Shown here: one piece after another, positions 9,798 to 19,697 of the stretch
Numbering within the stretch: the first letter of the stretch is position 1
Layout: each line of letters begins with the position of its first letter
Position numbers and translations under genes: made by a program
Notes under the pieces: model-generated
Databases searched by the model: none
Told to the model about the DNA's origin: nothing
What the model saw: the letters and a program-made list of their open reading frames with translations, nothing else
IMG/VR virus record: IMGVR_UViG_3300034351_000048
Location: 1 to 64,000 of that record
Length of the DNA stretch: 64,000 bases
Reading direction: 5' to 3' (one strand)
Origin: a virus

Positions 9798-10897
9798 ATG
9801 GAAACAAAAAAAATTACAAAAAAAGTAAGAAGATCAATCAAAGAAAAGATATTAAACACTATCGAACAACATGAAAAAAGGTCAAAAAGTTATTTCTGGA
9901 AACCCAACACCAACGCTGGTGGAAGAAGATCAATAGAAAATAAATTTAAAATTGACCATCCTTCTTATTCCTTTACACATCAAGGGATAAAATATGAAAT
10001 AATTACAAGTTTAGATGTATCATGTAAGAATTATTACTATTCTTTGTCTGTATATGTAGATGCAGAAAAGAAAAATATTAAAACATTAAAAAAACTTATA
10101 TGACAAAATAAGGTTTTCGGTAATCCTTAAAACCGAAAATAACCATAAATGGAGGAGATTTTTATGGAAACAAAAACAAATGCAGAGCAAATCTGTAAAA
10201 GTTTTGTAGCTATAGCTGCAAACTATTCAAGAGAGCTAAGAATTTTAGAAAAAGATTACAAAAGCTTCCTAAATTATATTCTAAAGGAAGCTGACAAGCT
10301 ACCTGAAAGAGTAAAAGCAAAAATTATAAGCAAAATAAAAAAATTGGAGGGAATAGATGAATGATTATTTTAATATCAGAAAAATCAATAAATTACAATG
10401 TAAAAACTGCCTATATTTCAATAAATACAAATGTGATAAAGGGATTAATATAAACAAACAAATATGTAAATTTAATATATTCTTTAAATCTGAAAAAATA
10501 AAAAAGGAGACAACTTATGTTAAATAAGGAAGTTAAAGAGAGAAAATACAATATACATGAGTATGAAAACTATACAGAAAAAGAAGCTATACTTGAAAAA
10601 ATACATATGTATAGGTTAGCAAAAACGCCTGAATGGGAAATAAGAGAAAGGCTTATAGATAAAATTTCTAAAGAGTATATATACTTATTACCAACACAAG
10701 AAAGACCCGTATTAGATAAAATTGAAAGGGTTGAATATAAAACATCAGACGATCCTTTTGATCACAGTTATGGATACTATTATAAAGCCTATTTTAAAAA
10801 TAGTGAAATTGTTGCGGAATTCGGTGAAAGTGATATTGATGATGTATTAAAGGATTATTCAGGTATAATAACTGAGAAAGACATTAGAAAAGCTTAG
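9798..10897 (+). CDS. four hypothetical genes (9798-10103, about 10164-10364, 10357-10527 Cys-rich 56 aa not in track, 10517-10897)
   Basis: Contiguous ORFs with RBSs downstream of the 9709 promoter. Confidence 0.6.
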
Positions 10898-11286
10898 ATT
10901 TAATTTGTTCAAGCAATTCTTTGTAATTACTTTCCAACTCTTCCAAAGAATCAAAATCATAATTTTCTTTATTATCCTCAATTATAACAGTTATATAAAA
11001 ATAAGGATTATGCTTACAATTTAAGATATCTCTCCAAGGTTTTTCATTAAAATCCATATAAATTTCCCATACCTTATTATCAGGTAGATTTATTATCTCA
11101 TTTTTAATTTTTATTATCATCTTTTCCTCCATTTTTATCTTTAAAATCGTCACAAATATGGCTTTCATCTACACGAATTTTATATTTTTTACATTCGTTA
11201 TATGAAAGTTTTTGTGAGTCTATTTCTTTACATTTAACACATTCTAAACAAGAGATTACTTCTCTAAAATTAGGTGCTTGTTTCAT
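10884..11286 (-). CDS. two small genes (10884 to about 11120 hypothetical; 11104-11286 Cys-rich)
   Basis: 11104..11286 carries APNFREVISCLEC...C...ICDDFKD. Confidence 0.6.
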
Positions 11287-11900
11287 AGATTTTCCTCTTT
11301 AATTATAATTTTATTTATAACTTTTTTCACATTAGCTGTCAATTCCCTTACTGTAAGTTGTTTTTCATTGTTATACGGTTTTACATAATGAACAGAATTA
11401 TTTTTCAATTTACCATAATAGTATTTTATGGCATATAGATAAGCTTTATTCAGTTTCTTTAAATCTAAAGAAGATATATTCCAAGATTCATGGTTTCTTT
11501 TCATTAAGTTTTCATAACAATATTCTGATGTATTAGTTATATATATTGTATCGAATTTATCATAATTGCATCTTTCTTCATAATCAATACATTCAAAATT
11601 GAATATTCTATCTTTATTATTAAAACAATTTTTAGTAAAATAAGCATAGTTACTTAATATATATCTATCCGCTATAACATGTTTTTTATTAAGTATTCTT
11701 AATAAGATATCATTATAATCATATCTATCATGTGCATAATTTTCATATGTGTAATATCCTTTATTGGCTTTATCTTTATCTAAAAACACTGGATATTTAA
11801 CAAAATCAAATTTGTTATCATCTAATTCTTTTTGTAAAATATTATATACGGATGATTTACCACATCCATTAATGCCTTCTAACACTATAAGTTTTTTCAA
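11283..11900 (-). CDS. tmk: thymidylate (dTMP) kinase-like protein
   Basis: P-loop LIVLEGINGCGKSS and VIADRYILSNYAY motifs. Confidence 0.8.
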   Translation of the reverse strand: MKKLIVLEGINGCGKSSVYNILQKELDDNKFDFVKYPVFLDKDKANKGYYTYENYAHDRYDYNDILLRILNKKHVIADRYILSNYAYFTKNCFNNKDRIFNFECIDYEERCNYDKFDTIYITNTSEYCYENLMKRNHESWNISSLDLKKLNKAYLYAIKYYYGKLKNNSVHYVKPYNNEKQLTVRELTANVKKVINKIIIKEENL

Positions 11901-11917
11901 ATAAGCCTCCTTATAAA

Positions 11918-11952
11918 TAAAAATAAGCAGTATATAATATCTATATACTGCT
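11918..11952 (-). terminator. intrinsic terminator after the beta clamp gene
   Basis: AGCAGTATATA/TATATACTGCT 11-bp stem followed by a T-rich tract. Confidence 0.6.
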
Positions 11953-11974
11953 CTATAGATTAAAAAATAAAAAA

Positions 11975-13084
11975 TTAAGTGTTTTGTGTTCTCATTAAAG
12001 CAATCAAATGTATATTTTGGAAAGTTTCTTTATTATACAATTCAACCGCAAGATTGTTACTAAACAACAATGTTATTTGATCTGATTCTATAGTAGAGAT
12101 ACCATTCATTAAAAAATCTACATTAATACTAAATTCGGCATTATTTAAAGATTTGTTTATTTTTATCGGGTCTGATTTGAATTCGCCTTTGTTATTTTTA
12201 GCATGTATTATAAGACTGTCTGAAATAGATATTCTAATAGGAGATATATTGTTTCCGTTTTTACTAAACACCTTAGCTTTTTTTAGTTCTTTTAGAATTT
12301 CTGCTTTATTTATTTGTATTTCATTTTCAAATTTTTCAGGTAAAATTCTTTGGTAGTTAATAAAATTACCTTCTATCAAATTACTTATTAGTTCTACTTC
12401 CTCTGATACTCTAAATTTTATAAAGTTTTCTAATATTACAATTTCTATAGTTTTAGAATTAAATTTTAATAGTTCAGGAACTATCCTTTTTGGAACTGTT
12501 ATTCTGAATTCTAAATCGCCGTATTTTTCATCAATGTTTATTTCATATTTGGAAAGAACCTTACCAGAAGTAGCTACAATTGTAATGTAATCAGTCTTTT
12601 TCATTTTCTCTAAACATATACCATTTAAATCAAACCTCATTTCATCTTTACATATAGCATCTTTAACAAATTTAATAGCATTAATCAGCTCATTTGTATC
12701 TATTTCAAACTTTAAAGTTTCTTCCAAATCGTTTAGGATGTAGATTTCATCTTTGTTTTCTTCAATTACCTGAACTACAAATTGATCTTTGTTGATATAC
12801 ATTAGATTTTTATTTACATTTAAATTAACAGTTGAATCTTTGTCTAAACTATTCAAGATATCAAGTAAAAGAGTAGGATCAATAGAGAATATCAAGTCTT
12901 TTTCTTCTTTTATTTCATCTAAGAATAGTAAAACATACTGTTCATTGTTCCTAAAGAATACTTTCAAGGTGTTTTTTTCAACAAAAAACAAAAACTTATG
13001 AAAATGACTTGTATTTTTATCTATTAAATTTCTATACTTACTTAATTTTTCATATAAAAATTCTACATTTGTAGTAAAATTCAT
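11975..13084 (-). CDS. dnaN: DNA polymerase III beta sliding clamp
   Basis: 369 aa; DEMRFDLNGICLE, VATSGKVL, SNLIEGNFINYQRILP, INVDFLMNGI, LIALMR match DnaN motifs. Confidence 0.85.
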   Translation of the reverse strand: MNFTTNVEFLYEKLSKYRNLIDKNTSHFHKFLFFVEKNTLKVFFRNNEQYVLLFLDEIKEEKDLIFSIDPTLLLDILNSLDKDSTVNLNVNKNLMYINKDQFVVQVIEENKDEIYILNDLEETLKFEIDTNELINAIKFVKDAICKDEMRFDLNGICLEKMKKTDYITIVATSGKVLSKYEINIDEKYGDLEFRITVPKRIVPELLKFNSKTIEIVILENFIKFRVSEEVELISNLIEGNFINYQRILPEKFENEIQINKAEILKELKKAKVFSKNGNNISPIRISISDSLIIHAKNNKGEFKSDPIKINKSLNNAEFSINVDFLMNGISTIESDQITLLFSNNLAVELYNKETFQNIHLIALMRTQNT

Positions 13085-13482
13085 TTATTTTCCTCCTCAA
13101 AATCATCGCATATTAAATATTCGTTTATTCCAACTCCATATTTCTCACACTTTTCATAATCCCCTGCCCCCATAATAGGTGTAAAATCATAATATTTACA
13201 TTTAGTACATGTAGTAGCCTCTCTCAAATTTGGGGGGCCTATTTTCTCTAAATATTTGATAGGAACAATCCAGCTGTTTTCTTTTAATTTAACTTCAGTG
13301 TATATTCTATCAGGTATAATATTACTTTCCACAGTATAAGTTGCGGTTACAATTTTATTACTTAGCTCATTTACAAAGCAAGCAAAAGTTTTTATATCTG
13401 TAGTATCGTCCCCGTTGCATAATTTAAACATTGTTTCTATATCTTTGAATTTTACCTTATCACCTTTTTTAAATTTACTCAT
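13081..13482 (-). CDS. hypothetical protein with KFKKGDKVK N-terminus and fused C-terminal Cys-rich module
   Basis: C-terminus PPNLREATTCTKC...INEYLICDDFEE closely resembles the 4039..4218 protein. Confidence 0.7.
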   Translation of the reverse strand: MSKFKKGDKVKFKDIETMFKLCNGDDTTDIKTFACFVNELSNKIVTATYTVESNIIPDRIYTEVKLKENSWIVPIKYLEKIGPPNLREATTCTKCKYYDFTPIMGAGDYEKCEKYGVGINEYLICDDFEEENK

Positions 13483-13485
13483 TTA

Positions 13486-14044
13486 TTACCTCCTTATTAT
13501 CTCTCTTAATTCCCTATTAGATTCTTTTAACATTATATTACGTTTTCTTCTATAAAAATCATTAAGAATAACTGTTCCTTTTGCTATATCTACATATCCA
13601 ATAAAATCTTTTATAGCCCATTCAAATGAATCTAAATAATCTCTGTTAAATTCAGTTTCAGCCACATCTTTTCCAAGTTGAAAGGCTGCGGTTTCTACTC
13701 TTAACAATTCATTTTTATATTGTTCTCTTCTCTGTTCATCTACTATATAAGTAATAAATATAAAGATAAACAGGCAAGATAGGGCAGTAAATAGAACATA
13801 GCGAAAAGTCCATATATCAAACTTTGCATATTTCATTTGATTATTCCTCCTCATAAATCCATATATCATATTTTGGGCATTCACAATAATCTGGAGTTAA
13901 ATTTATCACCAACTCATTATTTTTTTTAATGGTTATTCTTTTAACTCCAGGATTAAATTCAAAATTCTGATCTATAGTCATATTTAAATCACCAAATCTA
14001 TTTTTTATATGTTCTAATTCTTTTATTAAATCCGAGATTTTCAT
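13486..14044 (-). CDS. two hypothetical genes (13486 to about 13836 with a TM helix; 13841-14044)
   Basis: ORF track and RBSs. Confidence 0.6.
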
Positions 14045-14448
14045 TTTATTTCCTCCAAATTCGGTCTAATTAGGTCAAACATGATATCACTTGTTTCTAT
14101 CGATAACTCGCGGATATCTTTTAAGTATTCAAGTTTTTTTGACTTAAAATCAAACCCATTTTCTATTAACAATTTTACAATTTTAGACCTTCGGGTTCTT
14201 ATTGCTAAATGCATAGGCGATTGAGATTCTTTAAATAAATTGACGTCAGCACCATTTTCTATTAGAAGCTTACAAAGTGGATAATCTTTATTATTTATAG
14301 CATACATCAATGAGGTCCAACCCATTGCGTTTATCTTATTTATATCATTAATATCCTTTTCATCAAGTGTTAGAACGTTTTGATTTTTTATTCTATACAT
14401 TAAACTTGTATATTCAAACATATTAAAATATAAATTAATTTTATCCAT
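14041..14448 (-). CDS. ankyrin repeat protein
   Basis: GWTSLMYAINNKDYPLCKLLIENGADVN and SPMHLAIRTRRSKIVKLLIENG repeats. Confidence 0.9.
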   Translation of the reverse strand: MDKINLYFNMFEYTSLMYRIKNQNVLTLDEKDINDINKINAMGWTSLMYAINNKDYPLCKLLIENGADVNLFKESQSPMHLAIRTRRSKIVKLLIENGFDFKSKKLEYLKDIRELSIETSDIMFDLIRPNLEEIK

Positions 14449-14471
14449 TACCTATTTCTCCTTTATTTTTT

Positions 14472-14498
14472 GTAGTGATAATCTTTTGTTAGCACGAC
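14472..14498. repeat. 27-bp inverted repeat site 4 (minus strand GTCGTGCTAA-caaaaga-TTATCACTAC)
   Basis: Supplies the TAA stop of 14489..14932; followed by the AAGGAG of the ankyrin gene. Confidence 0.8.
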
Positions 14499-15176
14499 GA
14501 TTTATTTAAAAACACTTCTATAAAAGCTTCAGCCTTTATATTATCATCTATTTTCTTTTGTTTTCGATTATCCCTATACTTAACAGTTTCTTCATAGATT
14601 ATTGGTTCTAACTCTTCCATTATAGATATAAACTTTATCATATACTTTTCATAATCTGTTTCATGAATATTATTTAATATTATTTCTTCAATATCAAAAT
14701 CTTTGCTAAATATTTTTTGTCTTACTTTCACATCAATACTTTTCAGAAAACCTAATTTGAAACGTATAATTGTAACATATAAATCATCAATATAATGCGA
14801 ATTTATATATTTGAAACTATAATAGTTGTGTTTATATATGCTTTTTAGAATTATCATCAAACAAAATATATTTTTATATTTTATCTTTAGTTCATCTAAT
14901 ACCAATTTTTTATTCATGAATTTATTCCTCATTTAACCATTCGTCATAACACGTTGTATCTCCAATAATTGTATTAGATACATTTAAGTAAGCTTTTTTC
15001 AGTCTTCTTTTAGAATAATCTTTATATTTATTTTTAAACATTTCTAAAAGATCGTATTCCTCATCGTATAGAAAATTAAATATTTGGCATGTTCCTAATA
15101 ACACACCCCCATCCAACTCATCTTTTATTCTTTCATCAAGAAAATCATACATTCTATTTTCTATTTTTGTTTTCAT
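14489..15176 (-). CDS. two hypothetical genes (14489-14932, 14922-15176)
   Basis: ORF track. Confidence 0.6.
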
Positions 15177-15190
15177 TTATATCTCCTTTT

Positions 15191-15220
15191 GTCTTGATAA
15201 TACATGCTTTGTAGCACTAC
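15191..15220. repeat. variant repeat site 5 (minus strand GTAGTGCTAC-aaagcatgta-TTATCAAGAC)
   Basis: Spacer 3 nt longer; shares TGATAATACATGCTT with site 6; contains the TAG stop of 15217..15486. Confidence 0.6.
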
Positions 15221-15486
15221 AAATTCCTTATCCATATAGTATGATTTTTCCAAAAGACATAATCTTTATCATTATGTCCTACAAATCCAGTTTCACCATC
15301 ATCACCAAAAAACTCACCAGAACATTCAGGATGAATGAACATAATTTCTTTTAACCCTAATAATAAGGAATCTATATCAAATTCTCCTTTTATAACAAAT
15401 CCCTTATCTAAAAATAACATATAATCGATATCTTCTTCATGTAATAAATTTTTTGTTTTTTCCAAAATTTCATTTATATAATACAT
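15217..15486 (-). CDS. hypothetical protein flanked by repeat sites 5 and 6
   Basis: ORF with GAGGTG RBS. Confidence 0.65.
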   Translation of the reverse strand: MYYINEILEKTKNLLHEEDIDYMLFLDKGFVIKGEFDIDSLLLGLKEIMFIHPECSGEFFGDDGETGFVGHNDKDYVFWKNHTIWIRNL

Positions 15487-15512
15487 AGTTTCACCTCTAT
15501 TTTATTTTTTTT

Positions 15513-15539
15513 GTAGTGATAATACATGCTTATTATGAC
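15513..15539. repeat. 27-bp inverted repeat site 6 (minus strand GTCATAATAA-gcatgta-TTATCACTAC)
   Basis: 3 nt after the stop of 15543..15809; followed by an RBS. Confidence 0.8.
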
Positions 15540-15542
15540 GAT

Positions 15543-16931
15543 TTATTTATCAGCTATCACAGTAATAATTATATTATGTAAATCATTCCTTATATTGCCA
15601 TAAGAGTCTGATATAAGATGTTTTTTTAAATCATTTATATTATCATATTCTCCATAGACATCATATCGAAAATTTCCATTTATATCTTTATATTCATAAA
15701 TATTTGTTTTTGAATCGTATTGACAATTACATATTATATAATGTTCTTTACCTTCAATATCAAAATCTTGATAATAAAAATAAAGTTTTTTTGATTTTTT
15801 ATCATCCATAAAATCTCCTTAAATTTTAAGAATTTTTTTATCTTTTAAAGTATTATATATATTATAATATATATTCCAATACCAAAAAAAACAGGAGATA
15901 ATATCCAAAACCAAGACCAAGTTATTATATTAGCCACTCTAAGTAATATAAAACATAAAGTCAAAAGTGAAACAGTTGTGGTAAGAATATTAAATATGAT
16001 AATTATAATTTTTCTTGTTTTTTCACTATTCATAATTACCTCTTTATGCTTCCATATGGCTTAATAATACATCTTCTAATATTATTTCTGTATCAGAAGA
16101 ATAATATTCAAACGCTTTATTAACTAAATTTTTCATATCTATATTTTCCTTTATCTTAATATTAACAAAAAAATTTCTAATATCATAATAATTTCTCATT
16201 TTAAAGTAAATATTTTCTGTATCAAGTCGAATTTCCATTATGAAATTCTTTGTGTATATAGTGTTATTTATAATATCTTTAGATAAATCTTGATTAATCT
16301 CTATAAAATCTCCACTTCTTTTCAGTTCGTATAAATCTTTTATGAATTTTTGTGAAATATCATATCTTTCTTTTAATGTTTTCATTTTTCCTCCAATTTT
16401 TTAATATATTTGTCAAAATTTGTGTAAATTTTAGGGAGAATCTTAAAGTTTATTATATCATTTACATTTACTTCAAATTCCCCTAATATATGATCCTCAT
16501 AATCACTCAAGATAAGATTATTTAAAGCATTTTTTATTAATTTATTTCTTTTTTCTTTTAAGTTTGTAGATATATTTTCTTTGTTTTCATGTAAACTTTG
16601 AAATATTATTATCTCAAAATTCACCAACTCGGTTATTTTTGTTTCAATATTAGATACTATTTCACTAATCATAGATCAAATCCTCCATTGTTTCATAAAG
16701 TTTATTATTATTGTCAGTTGATAATGTAGGATTGAATTTCATATATTTATCTTTGAAGTTACTTAAGAAGTCGATAGAAAAAACCCATAATTTATTGTCA
16801 GAGAAAGATAAATATACTTTTTGTTGGTTTATAACGGTTACTTTGATATTATAATAACCTTTTTTGAACAAATAATTCATGTTGTCATGTATTAATTTTG
16901 TTTGTTCGTAAGATAATTCTTGATTTTCCAT
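15543..16931 (-). CDS. five small hypothetical genes (15543-15809, 15845-16033 membrane protein, 16044-16385, 16382-16672, 16665-16931)
   Basis: Contiguous ORFs with RBSs; SWFWILSP two-TM motif in 15845..16033. Confidence 0.6.
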
Positions 16932-16973
16932 TTTTTAATCTCCTATTTTTTATTTTCTAATCTATATGTTATA

Positions 16974-17002
16974 AATATACTAATATAATTATAAAAAGTC
17001 AA
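16974..17002 (-). promoter_or_regulatory. strong early-type promoter
   Basis: TTGACT-N17-TATATT, identical to the promoter at 9709. Confidence 0.75.
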
Positions 17003-17118
17003 CACTTTTGTAAAATATTTTTAAAATAAATTTGAATTTTTTATTTAATGTTTTGTGTGTTTGCTTATTAGAAAAGTAAAATGGGTGGAATTAGAAAAAT
17101 TAAAAAAGAAATTTTATG

Positions 17119-17868
17119 TTATTTTTTGTATTCTTTGGCTACTTTCTTTCGTATATATTCAAACCCTTTTTTAGTAACTAAAGTTACGGGTTTATTTCCA
17201 ACTTCTTTAATCATTTTCTCTTTAACTTTGAAATATCCAAGTTCAATATAAGGTTGTTTAGGAACATTTGAACCATTCAGCATAAACAATATCTCTTCTT
17301 CTCTTAAGAACTTGAATAATCTTACAACTCCAATATCAATGCCTTTACTACTTAACAACTTTGCAACTTCATTCATAGTCATTAAATTTTCATCATTCAT
17401 AAAATCGTCGTAAGAATTTGCTTTTGGTAAAAGAACTTGTTTCTCAGCTTCTAATTTTTCATTTTCAAGTGCTAATCTTCCAGCTTCTAAGAGGGCTTCG
17501 GCATAGGATTGTGGAATGTTATATTGTTTTTCTTGTATTTCTTTTAATTTAAAATAACTTTTAACAAGTTTATTATACACATCCCATGCTTCGGATGTAC
17601 CAATACTTTTAGCGTGTTTCAAAGCTCCTGATTCTGTCCATAAGTATATAGGTCTTTGAGAATTCTCACTATTCGAAAATTTCGAATATTCTTTATTGGA
17701 CTTAGAAATAAGTATATAATCGATGTTTTCAGTATATTGATTTTTATTATTATTGAAATTTTGTTGGATTTTTATTGGTTTAACACCATAAAATTCTGCT
17801 AATTCTTTAGTTGTTAAGACTATTTTTTCTTTATATTGTTTTTGATTTAATTTTGTTAGGTCTGTCAT
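17119..17868 (-). CDS. ORF6N + ANT/KilAC antirepressor-like protein
   Basis: VLTTKELAEFYG...NFNNNK...LWTESGALKHAK; IPQSYAEALL; PKANSYD...LFKFLRE...PKQPYIELGYF...VTKKGFEYI. Confidence 0.85.
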   Translation of the reverse strand: MTDLTKLNQKQYKEKIVLTTKELAEFYGVKPIKIQQNFNNNKNQYTENIDYILISKSNKEYSKFSNSENSQRPIYLWTESGALKHAKSIGTSEAWDVYNKLVKSYFKLKEIQEKQYNIPQSYAEALLEAGRLALENEKLEAEKQVLLPKANSYDDFMNDENLMTMNEVAKLLSSKGIDIGVVRLFKFLREEEILFMLNGSNVPKQPYIELGYFKVKEKMIKEVGNKPVTLVTKKGFEYIRKKVAKEYKK

Positions 17869-17993
17869 AATTAGACTCCATCAACTATAAAAAACGCTCA
17901 TTCACCAAAGGTAAACGTAACCACAGCATTTAAATATAGTTAATGGATCAAAGAGGGTGGTTATTTCTCTTAAATCCATTAAAATAACTATAC
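17869..17993 (-). ncRNA. structured 5' leader B (candidate RNA switch)
   Basis: Long hairpin, loop UAACCAC complementary to GUGGUUA, small hairpin CGUUUACC-UUU-GGUGAAUG, and UCCAUUAACUAUA pairing with RBS-proximal UAUAGUUGAUGGA. Confidence 0.7.
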
Positions 17994-17999
17994 AAATAA

Positions 18000-18027
18000 A
18001 ATATAACATATTTATTTTAAAAGTCAA
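18000..18027 (-). promoter_or_regulatory. sigma70-type promoter of leader B
   Basis: TTGACT-N16-TATATT with a TG extended -10. Confidence 0.6.
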
Positions 18028-18317
18028 ATATTTAAGTTTAATTTTTTGAACCTCTCATCATTTATAACTTTATTTAGAGCTATTTTAAATAGCCTTGTAA
18101 CATTCGATTTGTTACATTTTAAGACCTTACTTATTCGAACATTCGAGTAATTTTCAAATACACGTAATCCGAATGCTAATTCTTGTTTTTCACTTAACTT
18201 TTCATCAATAATATCCTGAATTGTATGCTTATTTGTTTTATCTTTGAAAAGTTGTCTTATTATATCAATTTTTTTTAATGTGCTTAAATTTTCCATGTTT
18301 TCTAACGTATTTTCCAT
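18024..18317 (-). CDS. sigma70 region-4-like HTH protein
   Basis: LSEKQELAFGLRVFENYSNVRISKVLKCNKSNVTRLFKIALNKV pattern. Confidence 0.65.
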   Translation of the reverse strand: MENTLENMENLSTLKKIDIIRQLFKDKTNKHTIQDIIDEKLSEKQELAFGLRVFENYSNVRISKVLKCNKSNVTRLFKIALNKVINDERFKKLNLNI

Positions 18318-18336
18318 TAAAATATATCTCCTTTTA

Positions 18337-19565
18337 TTAAATTTTAGACCATTTTATTAAGCCCGTTAAGAATTCTACTAATTCACTTCTTTTTATTATA
18401 ATTTCACTTTCCCTACTGAAAGCCCCGGATGCTATTTTTATATATTCAGATTTTTTAGGTTCAAAAGAATCTATAAAAGTACCTCTTATGGATGTTCCCC
18501 ATGATATTTTATCATATAAGAAAGGCATATTGACCATTATAATGTAATTTTTGTAGTTCTTTTCGTTTTCTATATAGTGAAAAGTATCCTTATAAAGAAT
18601 AGCTTCTAATACTTCGAGCATATCTTTTGCTAACATCTCATCCATTTCTCCATCATAGGTAGTAAAATCAAAAATTTCATTCCCTAAATGTTCTAATTTG
18701 CTATAATCGTCACCACCAACACATGGATCATTTACCCAATCTTGGTAGTTTTTTTCAAGCATTTCAATATAATCATTCTCACTCATATAAACACCTTCTA
18801 TAAATCATATTTTTTTTAACGTTTCAGATAAAAAATCTTTAGTTTTTTCTTCTTTTGATTTTATTAGAGCTTCTTCTTTTTCCTTTTCTTCTATATATTC
18901 GTCATACAACTTTATTGATTCTGGAATAGCTTCTTTGAAGATATTAAGTATTGTTTCAATAGATTTTTCATTTAAATAAGGATTAATAGAAGATTCCTCC
19001 CAAAATTCTTCATGTTTATAATATTCAGTAAATCCTTTATCTTCTACATTTAGTTTAACATCTGGATTAGTAGGGTTATAATAATTCATTATCAACTCAA
19101 TTTTTTCATCTAATTGGAATTTATATACATATTTGTTACCACTACACTCTCTATAAAAGTCAAACATTCCTTTTTTATAATATGGATATGGTAAATGGCA
19201 ATTATATTTTTTCAAATGTTTAGCTCTAAATTTATCAAAAACGGTTTTAATTATACTAACATAATTTATATCACTATTATTCATTTAAGCCTCTCTATGA
19301 ATTTATCTAAATACAATATTTTTTCATCAGATTCTAAAAAATCTATAAATTTTAGGTTCAAAACATCCAATTTTAAATTTAAACTATCGGTTTTATTATG
19401 GCATCCAAATACCTTGATCTCTATATCAAGTTTTTTATTAATAAATTCTAACCATATACTAAATTTCTTACATGGTTCTAACATAGGGATTTCATAAATT
19501 ATAAAATTAAAATTTATCAAATTATCTAAATTATATACAACATCATTAATAATAATGAATCGCAT
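18337..19565 (-). CDS. three hypothetical genes (18337-18786, 18805-19284, 19281-19565)
   Basis: ORF track and RBSs. Confidence 0.65.
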
Positions 19566-19697
19566 TCAAACCTCCAAAATTCATGAATATACTATAAAAA
19601 TAATAAAAAATTTACAAAAATACAAAAAATTTTACAAAAAAATTTGTTTTAATTTAAAAGTGTTATTATTTTAATATATATAGTTAAAGGAATTTTA

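Noticed and set aside
500-15539. 27-bp repeats as a CRISPR array or canonical XerCD dif sites
   Set aside because: They are dispersed and separated by whole genes; the arms and 7-bp spacer do not match the 11-6-11 dif consensus
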